A stretch of 64,000 nt of DNA from Bacteroidales bacterium UBA3297 (GCA_002362105.1 DETD01000026.1:1139-65138); one strand, 5' to 3'. Positions 9,366 through 18,903 are shown, counted from the stretch's first letter. Program-made: numbers and translations. The notes: a model not told the origin generated them from the sequence alone.

Positions 9366-10100
9366 TTACTCGAAGTTGAAGGTGAGTGTGAATATGCGGG
9401 ACGTTAGCTTGTTGATGGCGTCTTGCCATTTTTCGTTGTCCGTACCTACCAGGTCTGGCCGGTCTTTGTCGAGCATGTCGTTGAAGCCGAGAAACATTTT
9501 AAATTCGGGCGCTAGTTTGAAGTAGGGGAGGTAGACGTCGCAACCTACACCAAACTCAACACCATAGTCCATTTGTTTCAACAGCAGGTTGCAGTCTTGC
9601 GATCTGCTCAAGTCTAGTGTCATTGCAGGACCTGCAACCAGATAGGGTCTGTAGTTCTGCATACGCTGGGCGCGCAGTTTGAACAAAAGCGGAAGGTCGA
9701 TGATGCTCGACTTTACGATGATGTCTTCTGGTGCTGGATTCCCTTTGGGGTCTCTATAGCATACCGTACGGTCGTTAAACATCAGCACGGGGTTGAAACG
9801 CAGGTTGAAGTACTCGCCCAGACGCAGGTCGGAAATTATACCAACCGTAAAGCCCGTACCAAAAGAGGTGACGTCCGGATACCAGATTTTACCATCCTTG
9901 TCTGCTACTTTGCTTTGGGCAATGTCGAAGTCCATGGAGTTAAAACCCAGTATAAAGCCGAAATGGTACTGCTTGTTGTCGGCGTTAATCAAGTTCAACG
10001 CTTTCCCGAAATTTTTATATGCCGATTGTGAAAAGACGCTGGTGCTAGCGGTTGCCGCTAGCAGTGCTGCCGTCACAAATATCCTTTTTAGTTTGTTCAT
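9366..10100 (-). CDS. PorT-family outer-membrane beta-barrel protein (T9SS-associated family)
   Basis: 244-aa ORF with a signal peptide (AALLAATASTSVFSQ). It shows alternating beta-strand patterning and a terminal aromatic residue region (TLTFNFE). Its length and the segment IIDLPLLFKLRAQRMQNYRPYLVAGP resemble PorT/SprT-type proteins. The assignment is from memory of the family, not from a search. Confidence 0.6.
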   Translation of the reverse strand: MNKLKRIFVTAALLAATASTSVFSQSAYKNFGKALNLINADNKQYHFGFILGFNSMDFDIAQSKVADKDGKIWYPDVTSFGTGFTVGIISDLRLGEYFNLRFNPVLMFNDRTVCYRDPKGNPAPEDIIVKSSIIDLPLLFKLRAQRMQNYRPYLVAGPAMTLDLSRSQDCNLLLKQMDYGVEFGVGCDVYLPYFKLAPEFKMFLGFNDMLDKDRPDLVGTDNEKWQDAINKLTSRIFTLTFNFE

Positions 10101-10185
10101 CTTTGTATGGTGTGGTAGGTCCCCTTTCGTAAAACGTATTCTATACCGGTTTTATTGGAGTAACCGGTGCAAATTTACAAAAAAC

Positions 10186-12765
10186 TTACATATATAGCCC
10201 CATACCTACGTTTATACCCCATTTGCTGGCTTTCGGGTGGTCGAGGTAGTTGAGGCGTCGGGTTACTTCTACCCTGAATACTTTCAAGAGGTTGTGCAGG
10301 CCGGCGCTGACTTCCATATAGGGTTTGTCGACAAATTCAAACGAGGTCTGGTTCCCGTACTTGTCGGTCGGAAATTGGTAGAGTAGGTGGTCGTCCGCAT
10401 TCTTTTCCAAAAACGGGTTGTTTTTGTCTGAAAGTCCGCCGTATATGGCTTTGAAACGGAAAACCTCTTTCAGGTGAAGCCTTCTGATGCCGGGTATGCG
10501 GCCGAGTAGGAAGCCGTTCATGTTGTAGCACAGGTCTAGCGAGGCGTACTGGTCGGTCAGGAACTCCATGTTGTTCATTAACCAGAACGACTCTTTGGCG
10601 TTGGTGTACGACAGGTTGGCCGCTGGTATGAACAAGAGCGGATACGGTACCTTCTCCCATATTTTCCCCGCTTTCAATACAATGTAGGTGTAACCCAATG
10701 GGGTCAGGTTGTATTTTTGGCGGTAGGTGAACTCTGTCTTGTTCCGGTTGTATTGCGTGCCTAGTAGCCCTTTGGCTGCTGTTGAGTGTCCGAGGGTGAA
10801 TTGCGGAATGTCTTTGTTGATGATGTAGCGCGTACTTTTGTTCTGGTAGTAGCTGATGCCAGGGGCGTACGAGAGGGTACAGTTCAGCGATGTCTGCTCA
10901 ATGTTGTTTACTTCCTCTCCATTGTGTAGCTTGATGTACCGGAGGTCGCCTGCTGGGCTCTCTTCGCTGTGGTAGACGTTGAGGTTGAGGCCGAATCCGT
11001 TGCCTTTCTCGTAGAGGTATTGGAACGTCTGGCTGCGGACATAGGCGAACTGCGATACTTTTTCCCGCTTGAAGGAGTGGATGAAACTGCTGCTGAATTC
11101 ACCTAGAAACCGCTCCGATGGTATGTCCCAGTCGTAATTGATATTCGCCATCAGCGAGTGGCGTGGAAAATCCATTTTGCTGAATTCTTTCTCACGGAAC
11201 GAGTATTCCAGCTCGGCCTTATATTTGAGGCGCTCGTCTTTGGTGCCATAGGCCAGATAGCCGTCGAGGAAGAGGTGGTTGTTCAGGGCCGGATTGGTGC
11301 GCCCGCCCACGCGGAAACGGTTGCCCTCTAACTCGTTTCTCGAGTAGGTGCTCATGACACGCCCATAATCGAAATAGCCGTGTTTGCCTATGGTCATGTA
11401 GCCTTCAATGCAGGTCTTTATCAAGTATTCGCTGATGTTGAACAGGGTGCTCTCGTCCATTTTCCGGACGAGGGTGTCTATTCTTGACTCGTTTTTGCTG
11501 AGTTGGTCGGGCCTCGATGCCGCCCAGAACTCGTTTGACTGCATTTTCGCGTCTTTTTGGGTGACGATGTTTTCTTCGCGGGCGAATACCGATTTGTCTA
11601 TGTCGTGCCATTTATAGCCGGTGTAGTAAACGTCGCGTTTCGCATAGCCGCCTTGCAACCCGTCTATAAAGGCAATTTCAGAAATCATGCGTTCGTGGGT
11701 AATGGCCCATCTGCCTTCCTCGTTTTGAGTGTAGTCTTGCTCTATATGCAGTTTCTCCACCAAGTTGAGTTTAATGTCTCGTGGTATGTCCATTTTCACC
11801 TTTTTCACGGCATACGAGCTGTCGGTGGAAATGTAGAGGTAGCCTGTGAAGCCGAGGTCGCTTGTGTTCGCGGGTATAAATGTCATTTCGGTGTAGCGTT
11901 TCCCGTCTTCAAGGGTTACGGTGTCGGTTATGTAGAAGTGGTAGAAGGTGGTCGCCATAACCGAAAGCGGACTCATAAACTTCTCGATGAAGATGTCGAT
12001 GTTGTTGTCGTATATTTGTACGTCGGTAAAGCATTCGTTCAGCAGGTTGTCTATCATCTCTTCTGAAATGATGTTCATTACCGTTTTGTTGTTCTGGGCT
12101 GTAATGGTGCGTTTCAGACGTTCGGGCGACTTCTGGTAGCTGATGTCGCTCAGGTTCTCCCTTACCGAGACGGGCAGGTAGGTCTTGTTCGATATTTCCG
12201 ACGAGTCGATGTAGTCGTAAATGTATCCCCAACTGCGCTTGCTCCGTCTGGCCGAGTCTTCTGGTGCCTGTACGTTGTTCAGACCAAGTATCGTTTTCTC
12301 GTATTTCTTTACGGCATAGTAGTCGGTCGAGCGGATGTCGTTTGAGTCGCGATGGGCTATCACCTTCTTCATCAACTCAACCGATGGATTTCCTTTCCTG
12401 CGGTATTTTTCGCGGCGTTTGCCTTTTACTACTACTTCTCCCAGTTCTTGTGCTTCTTCGGGGCTGAGGCGTACGTTCAGGCGGTGGCCGGCCTTTTTGA
12501 GGTCAATCACTTTGGTTTTGTAGCCCAGGTAAGAAATTTCCAGTTTGTCCGACTTCAAGACGTCGGTTTCCAGCCTGTAGAATCCCTGTAAGTCGGCTTC
12601 TGTTCCGAATGGCGTGCCCTTGTAGATGACGGAGGCGAAAGGAAGCGGCTCGCCGCTTATGGAATCTTTGATGAAGCCTTGGTACACGACATCTCCGGCA
12701 TGCACGTTGTGTAGGCCGAAAATAACAAGCAAAAGGAATAGTGTGTGTCGTAGGTTCTTTCTCAT
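10186..12765 (-). CDS. large envelope protein with N-terminal CarboxypepD_reg-like domain (DUF5686-type)
   Basis: 859-aa ORF with a signal peptide. The N-terminal domain is carboxypeptidase-regulatory-like (GFIKDSISGEPLPFASVIYKGTPFGTEADLQGFYRLE). The long C-terminal region is predicted beta-rich and ends in an aromatic residue. Confidence 0.65.
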   Translation of the reverse strand: MRKNLRHTLFLLLVIFGLHNVHAGDVVYQGFIKDSISGEPLPFASVIYKGTPFGTEADLQGFYRLETDVLKSDKLEISYLGYKTKVIDLKKAGHRLNVRLSPEEAQELGEVVVKGKRREKYRRKGNPSVELMKKVIAHRDSNDIRSTDYYAVKKYEKTILGLNNVQAPEDSARRSKRSWGYIYDYIDSSEISNKTYLPVSVRENLSDISYQKSPERLKRTITAQNNKTVMNIISEEMIDNLLNECFTDVQIYDNNIDIFIEKFMSPLSVMATTFYHFYITDTVTLEDGKRYTEMTFIPANTSDLGFTGYLYISTDSSYAVKKVKMDIPRDIKLNLVEKLHIEQDYTQNEEGRWAITHERMISEIAFIDGLQGGYAKRDVYYTGYKWHDIDKSVFAREENIVTQKDAKMQSNEFWAASRPDQLSKNESRIDTLVRKMDESTLFNISEYLIKTCIEGYMTIGKHGYFDYGRVMSTYSRNELEGNRFRVGGRTNPALNNHLFLDGYLAYGTKDERLKYKAELEYSFREKEFSKMDFPRHSLMANINYDWDIPSERFLGEFSSSFIHSFKREKVSQFAYVRSQTFQYLYEKGNGFGLNLNVYHSEESPAGDLRYIKLHNGEEVNNIEQTSLNCTLSYAPGISYYQNKSTRYIINKDIPQFTLGHSTAAKGLLGTQYNRNKTEFTYRQKYNLTPLGYTYIVLKAGKIWEKVPYPLLFIPAANLSYTNAKESFWLMNNMEFLTDQYASLDLCYNMNGFLLGRIPGIRRLHLKEVFRFKAIYGGLSDKNNPFLEKNADDHLLYQFPTDKYGNQTSFEFVDKPYMEVSAGLHNLLKVFRVEVTRRLNYLDHPKASKWGINVGMGLYM

Positions 12766-13132
12766 TTTTTTCGTTGCTATATCTTCCGCTGTTACTGCGA
12801 AAGTTGTGCCAAACTTTTAAAGGTCTGGCTGTTTTTCCATTCGCCCCATCCTATGTCTTCATTGCCTCGCTGCCACCCACCCTTCAGAAAATCTAACATT
12901 ATGCCCATTCTTTTGTGGTGCCGAGGCTGTTGTTTATGTCCCACATCCTCGTTGCTCGGACGGTTATATATAGGCTGATTTTTGCGTTTCGCAAAATTAG
13001 CAATTAGGCGGAAACCATGCAACCGGGGTTAGCGGACGGAGGCCCGGTACTGTATATAGCTTGTTGTAATCATTGGGTGCTAAAATAACCTGAGGCGCAA
13101 GCCAGGTGTTATGTTGTTTTAATCGCATCAGC

Positions 13133-14632
13133 CTACTTTATTTCCAAATACTGCCATATTCCGTCTTTCTTTATAGGGAGGTACCTGTTGGAAAGGTCTT
13201 CTGTGTTAATCTCGTCCGCGTAAAACACTTTCGACTTCTTTTTATTTCTATGGAAATACCGGTATTTGCCATTGCCTTCATCAAAAACATAGTGAGTATG
13301 GTAGTGATGGGAATCTGGCTTTATTAGATAATCATCACTTCGCAAGTATTCTGGCATGCTATCCGCTAATAGTTTGCCACGTTTGTCATAAAAGTTTTGT
13401 TTCCAGTCTTTTATTCCTATATAGTATGGTTTGTCAATGTAAATATCATCGAAGTGGGTTGGTATTATGGTGTTCCCATTTTTGTCTATAATTCCATTAT
13501 ACATTCCTTTCTTTATGCCTATATGCTGGTTGCTGTTCAAACCTGTTATTAGGTCGATGCTGTCAGTCGAAAGCCGACTTTTCAGTATCCATTTTTTTCC
13601 AGACTTTTCCAAACTGCACTTTCCCAACTTTATGCGGTTTATTTTCGTTCCGTCCATCGTCACGGCAAAAGTTTCCTCCTTGTTGTCGTAAAAAAGTATG
13701 TTTTTAAAGTAGCCCGAAAAATTGTGTTTTTCAGGAGTCAAGGGTGTCCCGTCTAACTTAAAGACCCTTAAATGCAAATGACCTGCTCTTTGATATTCTG
13801 TTACAATTAGTTTTTTCTCCCAGATAAATCCTCTACACCATTCGGATTCGTCTTTTTCTTTGACCCCACACAATTCTTCTTCTGTCATAGGTAGGACTTG
13901 TTTTTTTCCACATTTGTCGTTAAATATAAAGATTTTGCCGTCTTTATGAAGAAAAAAAGAAGTATACATTGGGTAATACTCTACAAAGCCGTTGTGGCAT
14001 AAAATATGTTTTGTAGGCCTTATGTCGCCTTCTAATACCACATTTAAATTCTCATCATATAGCTTATGGCTGCTACGTACAAGTCTGTATTTGTCGTATA
14101 TGTATACGTCGCAATAATCCTTCGGCCAAGATGAGAATGTGTCTCTTTGGACGACGTTCCCCTTTTTATATAGTACCCTTTCTATAGACGTGTATGTAGG
14201 ATCTAATTTTCTATAGGCGATGAAGTTATCCTTCATTGGGTAAAATTCGAAAACATTGTCTAATAATATGGTGTCACCTTTAATTTTCCTGTCCTTCAGA
14301 TTGCCGAAACAAAATGTATCTTCTTCTGATACCTGTGGAAGATCGTCGTAAAATAGGATATAACCTACTTTCGTTAAACTCATATTCTCGTGAACATCGG
14401 ACACGATAGCCTTTTTTTTGATATCTATAATATCAAAATTGCTACAACAATCTATACAATTTGGTTTGTATATTTTTGCATAACCGTTATAAATTGGACT
14501 TATTTGACCTATCTGATTTTCAACTTGGTATTCAGCAAGGAATTTGTTTGCCCACTTCAAATGGTTTGAAGCCTGTGTGTTTACAAGGCAGAACAAGGAA
14601 AAGAGTAACAGTATGTATTTTCTTTTTTTCAT
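13133..14632 (-). CDS. secreted WG-repeat-like protein, cassette gene A copy 1 (function unknown)
   Basis: 499-aa ORF with signal peptide MKKRKYILLLFSLFCLVNTQA. C-terminal modules resemble WG/KWG beta-repeats (IGIKKGMYNGIIDKNGNTIIPTHFDDIY, LPIKKDGIWQYLEIK). It has many Cys residues and is a paralogue of 15986..17494. Confidence 0.75.
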   Translation of the reverse strand: MKKRKYILLLFSLFCLVNTQASNHLKWANKFLAEYQVENQIGQISPIYNGYAKIYKPNCIDCCSNFDIIDIKKKAIVSDVHENMSLTKVGYILFYDDLPQVSEEDTFCFGNLKDRKIKGDTILLDNVFEFYPMKDNFIAYRKLDPTYTSIERVLYKKGNVVQRDTFSSWPKDYCDVYIYDKYRLVRSSHKLYDENLNVVLEGDIRPTKHILCHNGFVEYYPMYTSFFLHKDGKIFIFNDKCGKKQVLPMTEEELCGVKEKDESEWCRGFIWEKKLIVTEYQRAGHLHLRVFKLDGTPLTPEKHNFSGYFKNILFYDNKEETFAVTMDGTKINRIKLGKCSLEKSGKKWILKSRLSTDSIDLITGLNSNQHIGIKKGMYNGIIDKNGNTIIPTHFDDIYIDKPYYIGIKDWKQNFYDKRGKLLADSMPEYLRSDDYLIKPDSHHYHTHYVFDEGNGKYRYFHRNKKKSKVFYADEINTEDLSNRYLPIKKDGIWQYLEIK

Positions 14633-14716
14633 TATTCGAGTTTTAAAATGTTTCTTGATTTACCATAGACTTCTTGTCCTTTTTTAGTTAATATGAACTG
14701 AAATGGGAAGTATAAA

Positions 14717-15859
14717 TTAGTTTAATTTAATTTCAAAGTTCAGTCCATATTTATTTTTTATCAAACTCCAGTATTCTTCACAACTTTTACCCTTTAAAGG
14801 AAAAGGGTAGTACAACGTACTTATTGGTTCTATATTTACTTTCGTAATATAGCATACGGAAGGTCCTTCGTCATACGCAAAACACTTTCGTTCTCTATCA
14901 TAAAAGAAATCTTTATCACAGTCTACATCAAGTATGTATTTTGCTTCCTTTTTTTCTAAGTCGACAAGAACAAGAACGTCCTTACAATAAACACATTTTT
15001 TTCCTAAGAAATAGCGTTTGTCGTCAGATTCAACAAGCGGTTCAATATCTTTTGAAACAAGTTCCCGGCCTGATTTTTTGTTTTCATAAACCATATAGGC
15101 TTGATGGGTTTCTCGAATCCACTTATATTCTGTTGTGTACTTGGCTTTTATGTACTCGTTAAAATTCTTCCGATTAAAAACTTTCTTGATATAGTTCTCT
15201 CCCTGTTTTATGTATAGAATAATATCCCTTTCGCCATTATAGAAATCATCGTCTTCATCTCCCATTTCAGAACAATAACAGATTATAGAATCTCCAGAAC
15301 CAATAAAAGACGGATCGTAAAGATATTCAATACAATTGCCTTTTAAAGTGTCAATGGGTATCGTAGTTTCTTCGGTGCGAAGATATAGAACTTGGTAATC
15401 TAAATCCTTTTTACGTGTCATTAAAAGCATTTTGCCTTCTGTGGCGTCTTCATATTCGAGTCCTATTTCAACTTCAAAAAAATTTTGGTAATAATCCCCT
15501 TTTTTTATGGCAATAATATCTGGCTTTTCAAAAATCTCATCTAAAGATAGTTCATTTCTAAATAAGGAAAAGTTTCCGATTTTTCCGTCTTTAAACATCT
15601 TTTCAAAAAATCTTGAGTCTCCCTTTTTGGGAACTTCAAGAATTTCCGTTTTTTCAAACCCTTTAAAATTGAAGTCGTAGGATTCTAATGAATCTATGGC
15701 TTGAGGTTTTGAATCTATGGCTTGAGTGGTATCTGTTGTTTGTGTGTCAGCGTCTGTGGCTTGAGGTTCCTTATTTAGGCAAATAACAACTATGCAAATA
15801 CTAACTAATAATACCAATATAAAAATTAATGATTTAATCTTCTGTTTCATATTATTCAT
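14717..15859 (-). CDS. membrane-anchored or lipoprotein Cys-rich protein, cassette gene B copy 1 (function unknown)
   Basis: 380-aa ORF with an N-terminal hydrophobic anchor (IKSLIFILVLLVSICIVVIC). A T/D/Q-rich linker follows (ATDADTQTTDTTQAIDSKPQAIDS), then a Cys-rich domain with no motif I recognise. It is a paralogue of 17578..18693. Confidence 0.7.
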   Translation of the reverse strand: MNNMKQKIKSLIFILVLLVSICIVVICLNKEPQATDADTQTTDTTQAIDSKPQAIDSLESYDFNFKGFEKTEILEVPKKGDSRFFEKMFKDGKIGNFSLFRNELSLDEIFEKPDIIAIKKGDYYQNFFEVEIGLEYEDATEGKMLLMTRKKDLDYQVLYLRTEETTIPIDTLKGNCIEYLYDPSFIGSGDSIICYCSEMGDEDDDFYNGERDIILYIKQGENYIKKVFNRKNFNEYIKAKYTTEYKWIRETHQAYMVYENKKSGRELVSKDIEPLVESDDKRYFLGKKCVYCKDVLVLVDLEKKEAKYILDVDCDKDFFYDRERKCFAYDEGPSVCYITKVNIEPISTLYYPFPLKGKSCEEYWSLIKNKYGLNFEIKLN

Positions 15860-15985
15860 TTCTTATACATCCAAAAACTTATTATATTTTTCAACTGATT
15901 TCCTCACGTATTTGCGTTAGTACCACACTCCGCTATTATTTTGTATGTTCTTCTCATTTTACTTCATTTTTTTAAGCGCATCAGC

Positions 15986-17494
15986 CTACTTTATTTCCAG
16001 AAACTGCCATATTCCGTCTTTCTTTATAGGAAGGAACCTGTTGGAAAGGTCTGCTGTGTTAATATCGTCTGCATAAAACGCTTTTGATTTCTTCTTATTT
16101 CTCAGCCAATAGCGGTATTTGTTTTTGCCCTCTTTAAAAATGACGTAACGGAATCTGTCTCCATACGGGATGCTATTACTTATACCATACGAGCTGTCTG
16201 TAAAGCCATCTTCGTCTTCTGTCATAATTTCAGTCATTCCTTCCGCTAACAATTTGCCTTTTTTGTTAAAAAGTACATATTCATACCCTTTTTGCCCTAT
16301 GTAGTATAGCTTATCAATGTAAATCTTGTCGTAGCAAATTGGCAATATGGATTTTCCATCTCTATCAATAATGCCTATATATTTTCCCACCTTTATTCCG
16401 ATGTGTTTGTCGCTATTCAGACCAATTATCAGGTCAATGCTGTCAGTTGAAAGCGGACTTTTCAGCACCCATTTCTTTCCAGACTTTTCCAAACTGCATT
16501 TCCCCAATTTGATTTTAGGTGTTGAAAATCCGTCAATTGTAGATGCAAACGCTTCTTCTTGCTTGTCGTATATGAGGTAATCCTTGAAGTAGCCAGAAAA
16601 ATAATGATTCTTAGGGGTGACAGCTACCCCCTTCAGGTTATAGCCCCTTCTGCACATAACGATTAATTTCTTGTCCCATAAAAAAGACACATTATAACAA
16701 TGGTAGCCATTATCATCTTTTTGGATCTTGAGGGGAACAACATATTTTTTCTTACATTTTTCATTGTAAATGTTCATACTATCCTTTAAAAAGGCGAAAA
16801 AGGAATAGTTGTTTGGATACATCTCAATGAAATCGTGGTGTGGCATTTCTACCACACCAGCATCAACATCTTCATCTATCACTTTTTTTAAATTTTCATC
16901 GTAAAGTTTCCCTTTTATCCAACAATATCTGTCATAGATAAAGTGTGCTCCATAAGGTCCAATTCCAATTTCGTAAAAGCATGTGTCACTATGTATTGAC
17001 TTTCCCTCTTTGTATATTGTCATTTTGACTAAAGTATCAGTGTTGGCAATTTTTTTATAGACAATAAAAAAATTACGAGCTGTCTGCCACTCATACACAC
17101 TATCTGTAACGGTTTCACCTCCAAATTTCCTAATTCCGCGGTTAGATCCGTTATAAAGTTTAAAGCCATTTTCGTCTGTCTCACCTGCGTCATATAAAAT
17201 ATACTCACCCATTGTAATATCATCGACTTGATAACCCTGATAATCCACTTCAAATACTCTATTTTTAATGTCTATGTAGCTTTCGATTCCTGGAGCAAAC
17301 ACCATTCCAGTGTAGGCTTTATCATAAGATTCTAAGAGTGCATAACCTTTATAAATAGGGCTCAATCCCCTTATTTTATACTTTATTTGATGCTCTTTAA
17401 GAACTTTGTTTACCCATTTCAAATCGTTTGAAGCCTGTGTATTTACAAGGCAGAACAAGGAAAAGAGTAACAGTATGTATTTTCTTTTTTTCAT
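15986..17494 (-). CDS. secreted WG-repeat-like protein, cassette gene A copy 2 (function unknown)
   Basis: 502-aa ORF. Its first 23 residues are identical to A1 and the C-terminal ~165 residues are highly similar to A1. The central ~300 residues are only distantly alignable. Confidence 0.75.
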   Translation of the reverse strand: MKKRKYILLLFSLFCLVNTQASNDLKWVNKVLKEHQIKYKIRGLSPIYKGYALLESYDKAYTGMVFAPGIESYIDIKNRVFEVDYQGYQVDDITMGEYILYDAGETDENGFKLYNGSNRGIRKFGGETVTDSVYEWQTARNFFIVYKKIANTDTLVKMTIYKEGKSIHSDTCFYEIGIGPYGAHFIYDRYCWIKGKLYDENLKKVIDEDVDAGVVEMPHHDFIEMYPNNYSFFAFLKDSMNIYNEKCKKKYVVPLKIQKDDNGYHCYNVSFLWDKKLIVMCRRGYNLKGVAVTPKNHYFSGYFKDYLIYDKQEEAFASTIDGFSTPKIKLGKCSLEKSGKKWVLKSPLSTDSIDLIIGLNSDKHIGIKVGKYIGIIDRDGKSILPICYDKIYIDKLYYIGQKGYEYVLFNKKGKLLAEGMTEIMTEDEDGFTDSSYGISNSIPYGDRFRYVIFKEGKNKYRYWLRNKKKSKAFYADDINTADLSNRFLPIKKDGIWQFLEIK

Positions 17495-17577
17495 TATTCA
17501 AGTTTTAAAATGTTCTTGATTTACCATAGACTTCTTGTCCTTTTTTAGTTAATATGAACTGAAATGGGAAGTATAAA

Positions 17578-18693
17578 TTAGTTTAATTTAATTTCAAAGT
17601 TCAGTCCATATTTATTTTTTATCAAACTCCAGTATTCTTCACAACTTTTACCCTTTAAAGGATAAGGGTCGTACAGCGTACTTATTGGCTCTATATTTAC
17701 TTTCGTAATATAGCATACGGAAGGTCCTTTGTCATACGCAAAACACTTTCGTTCTTTGTCGTAGAAGAAATCTTTATTACAATCTACATCAAGTATGTAT
17801 TTTGCTTCCATTTTCTCCAAGTCAACAAGAACAAGAACGAACCTACGATAAACACATTTTTTTCCTAAGAAATAACGTTTGTCGTCAGATTCAACAAGCG
17901 GTTCAATATCTTTTGAAACAAGTTTTCGACCTGATTTTGTGTTTTCATAAACTAAATAGACTTCATCGACTTCTCTAATCCACTTATATTCTGTTGTATA
18001 CTTGGCTTTTATGTACTCGTTAAAATTCTCCCGATGAAAAACTTTCTTGATATAGTTGTCGTCCTGTTTTATGTATAGAATAATATCCCTTCCGCCATTA
18101 TAGAAATCATCGTCTTCATCTCCAAGTTCAGAACAATAACAGATTATAGAATCTCCAGAACCAATAAAATACGGATCGTAAAAATTCTCAATACAATTGC
18201 CTTCTAAAGTGTCAATGGGTATCGTGGTTTCTTCGGTACGAAGATATAGAACTTGGTATTCTAAATCCTCTTTATTTGTCATTAGGAGCATTTTGCCTTC
18301 TCTCGCATCACTAAATGCGAGTCCCTTTTCAACTTCGTAAAAATCTTGGTAATAATCCCCTTTTTTTATGGCAACTAAAGAGCTACTATGGCTAAATAAT
18401 GAATAGTCTCCGATTTCTCCTATTTTGCGCATCTCTTTAAAGAATTTTGAGTCTCCCTTTTTGGGCACTTCAAGAATTTCCGTTTTTTCAAACCCTTTAA
18501 AATTGAAGTCGTAGGAATCTAATGAATCTATGGCTTGAGGTTTTGAATCTATGGCTTGAGTGGTATCTGTTGTTTGTGTGTCAGCGTCTGTGGCTTGAGG
18601 TTTCTTATTTAGGCAAATAACAACTATACAAATACCAACTAATAATACCAATATAAAAATTAATGATTTAATCTTCTGTTTCATATTATTCAT
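17578..18693 (-). CDS. membrane-anchored or lipoprotein Cys-rich protein, cassette gene B copy 2 (function unknown)
   Basis: 371-aa ORF. It is highly similar to B1 throughout, except for a replaced and shortened segment after FFKEMRKIGEIGDYSLFSHSSSLVAIKKGDYY. Confidence 0.7.
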   Translation of the reverse strand: MNNMKQKIKSLIFILVLLVGICIVVICLNKKPQATDADTQTTDTTQAIDSKPQAIDSLDSYDFNFKGFEKTEILEVPKKGDSKFFKEMRKIGEIGDYSLFSHSSSLVAIKKGDYYQDFYEVEKGLAFSDAREGKMLLMTNKEDLEYQVLYLRTEETTIPIDTLEGNCIENFYDPYFIGSGDSIICYCSELGDEDDDFYNGGRDIILYIKQDDNYIKKVFHRENFNEYIKAKYTTEYKWIREVDEVYLVYENTKSGRKLVSKDIEPLVESDDKRYFLGKKCVYRRFVLVLVDLEKMEAKYILDVDCNKDFFYDKERKCFAYDKGPSVCYITKVNIEPISTLYDPYPLKGKSCEEYWSLIKNKYGLNFEIKLN

Positions 18694-18903
18694 TTCTTAT
18701 ACATCCAAAAACTTATTATATTTTTCAACTGATTTCCTCACGTATTTGCGTTAGTACCACACTCCGCTATTATTTTGTATGTTCTTCTCATTTTACTTTG
18801 TCTTTTCTCACCTCATGGCCACCATAACGTACAGATACCGTAACCATGTGCTCGTTGAAACAGACTCAGGTGTAAAATTGTACTTTTTTCTTGAAAATAT
18901 ATA

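Larger units (their letters stand above)
13118..15964. repeat. tandem cassette unit 1 (genes A1 + B1), low G+C
   Basis: Head-to-tail with 15971..18798. Both units begin TTTAA[T/G]CGCATCAGCC and end ...TTCTCATTTTACTT, with 6 nt between them. Confidence 0.9.
15971..18798. repeat. tandem cassette unit 2 (genes A2 + B2), low G+C
   Basis: Second copy of the unit. See 13118..15964. Confidence 0.9.

Noticed and set aside
12792-13022. A 76-aa ORF lies in the spacer between the island and the DUF5686 gene.
   Set aside because: It has no recognisable motif. It starts upstream of the only promoter-like box in the spacer (TAATTTTG, minus strand, 12992-12999). Its composition looks non-coding. It is more likely leader or remnant sequence.
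14623-14629. A homopolymeric A7 (minus strand) directly follows the ATG of both A genes (also 17485-17491). Other 7-9-nt A/T runs lie inside A1. This raised the possibility of slipped-strand phase variation.
   Set aside because: The runs simply encode Lys-rich signal-peptide N-regions (MKKRK). They are shorter than tracts usually associated with phase variation, and both copies are in frame.
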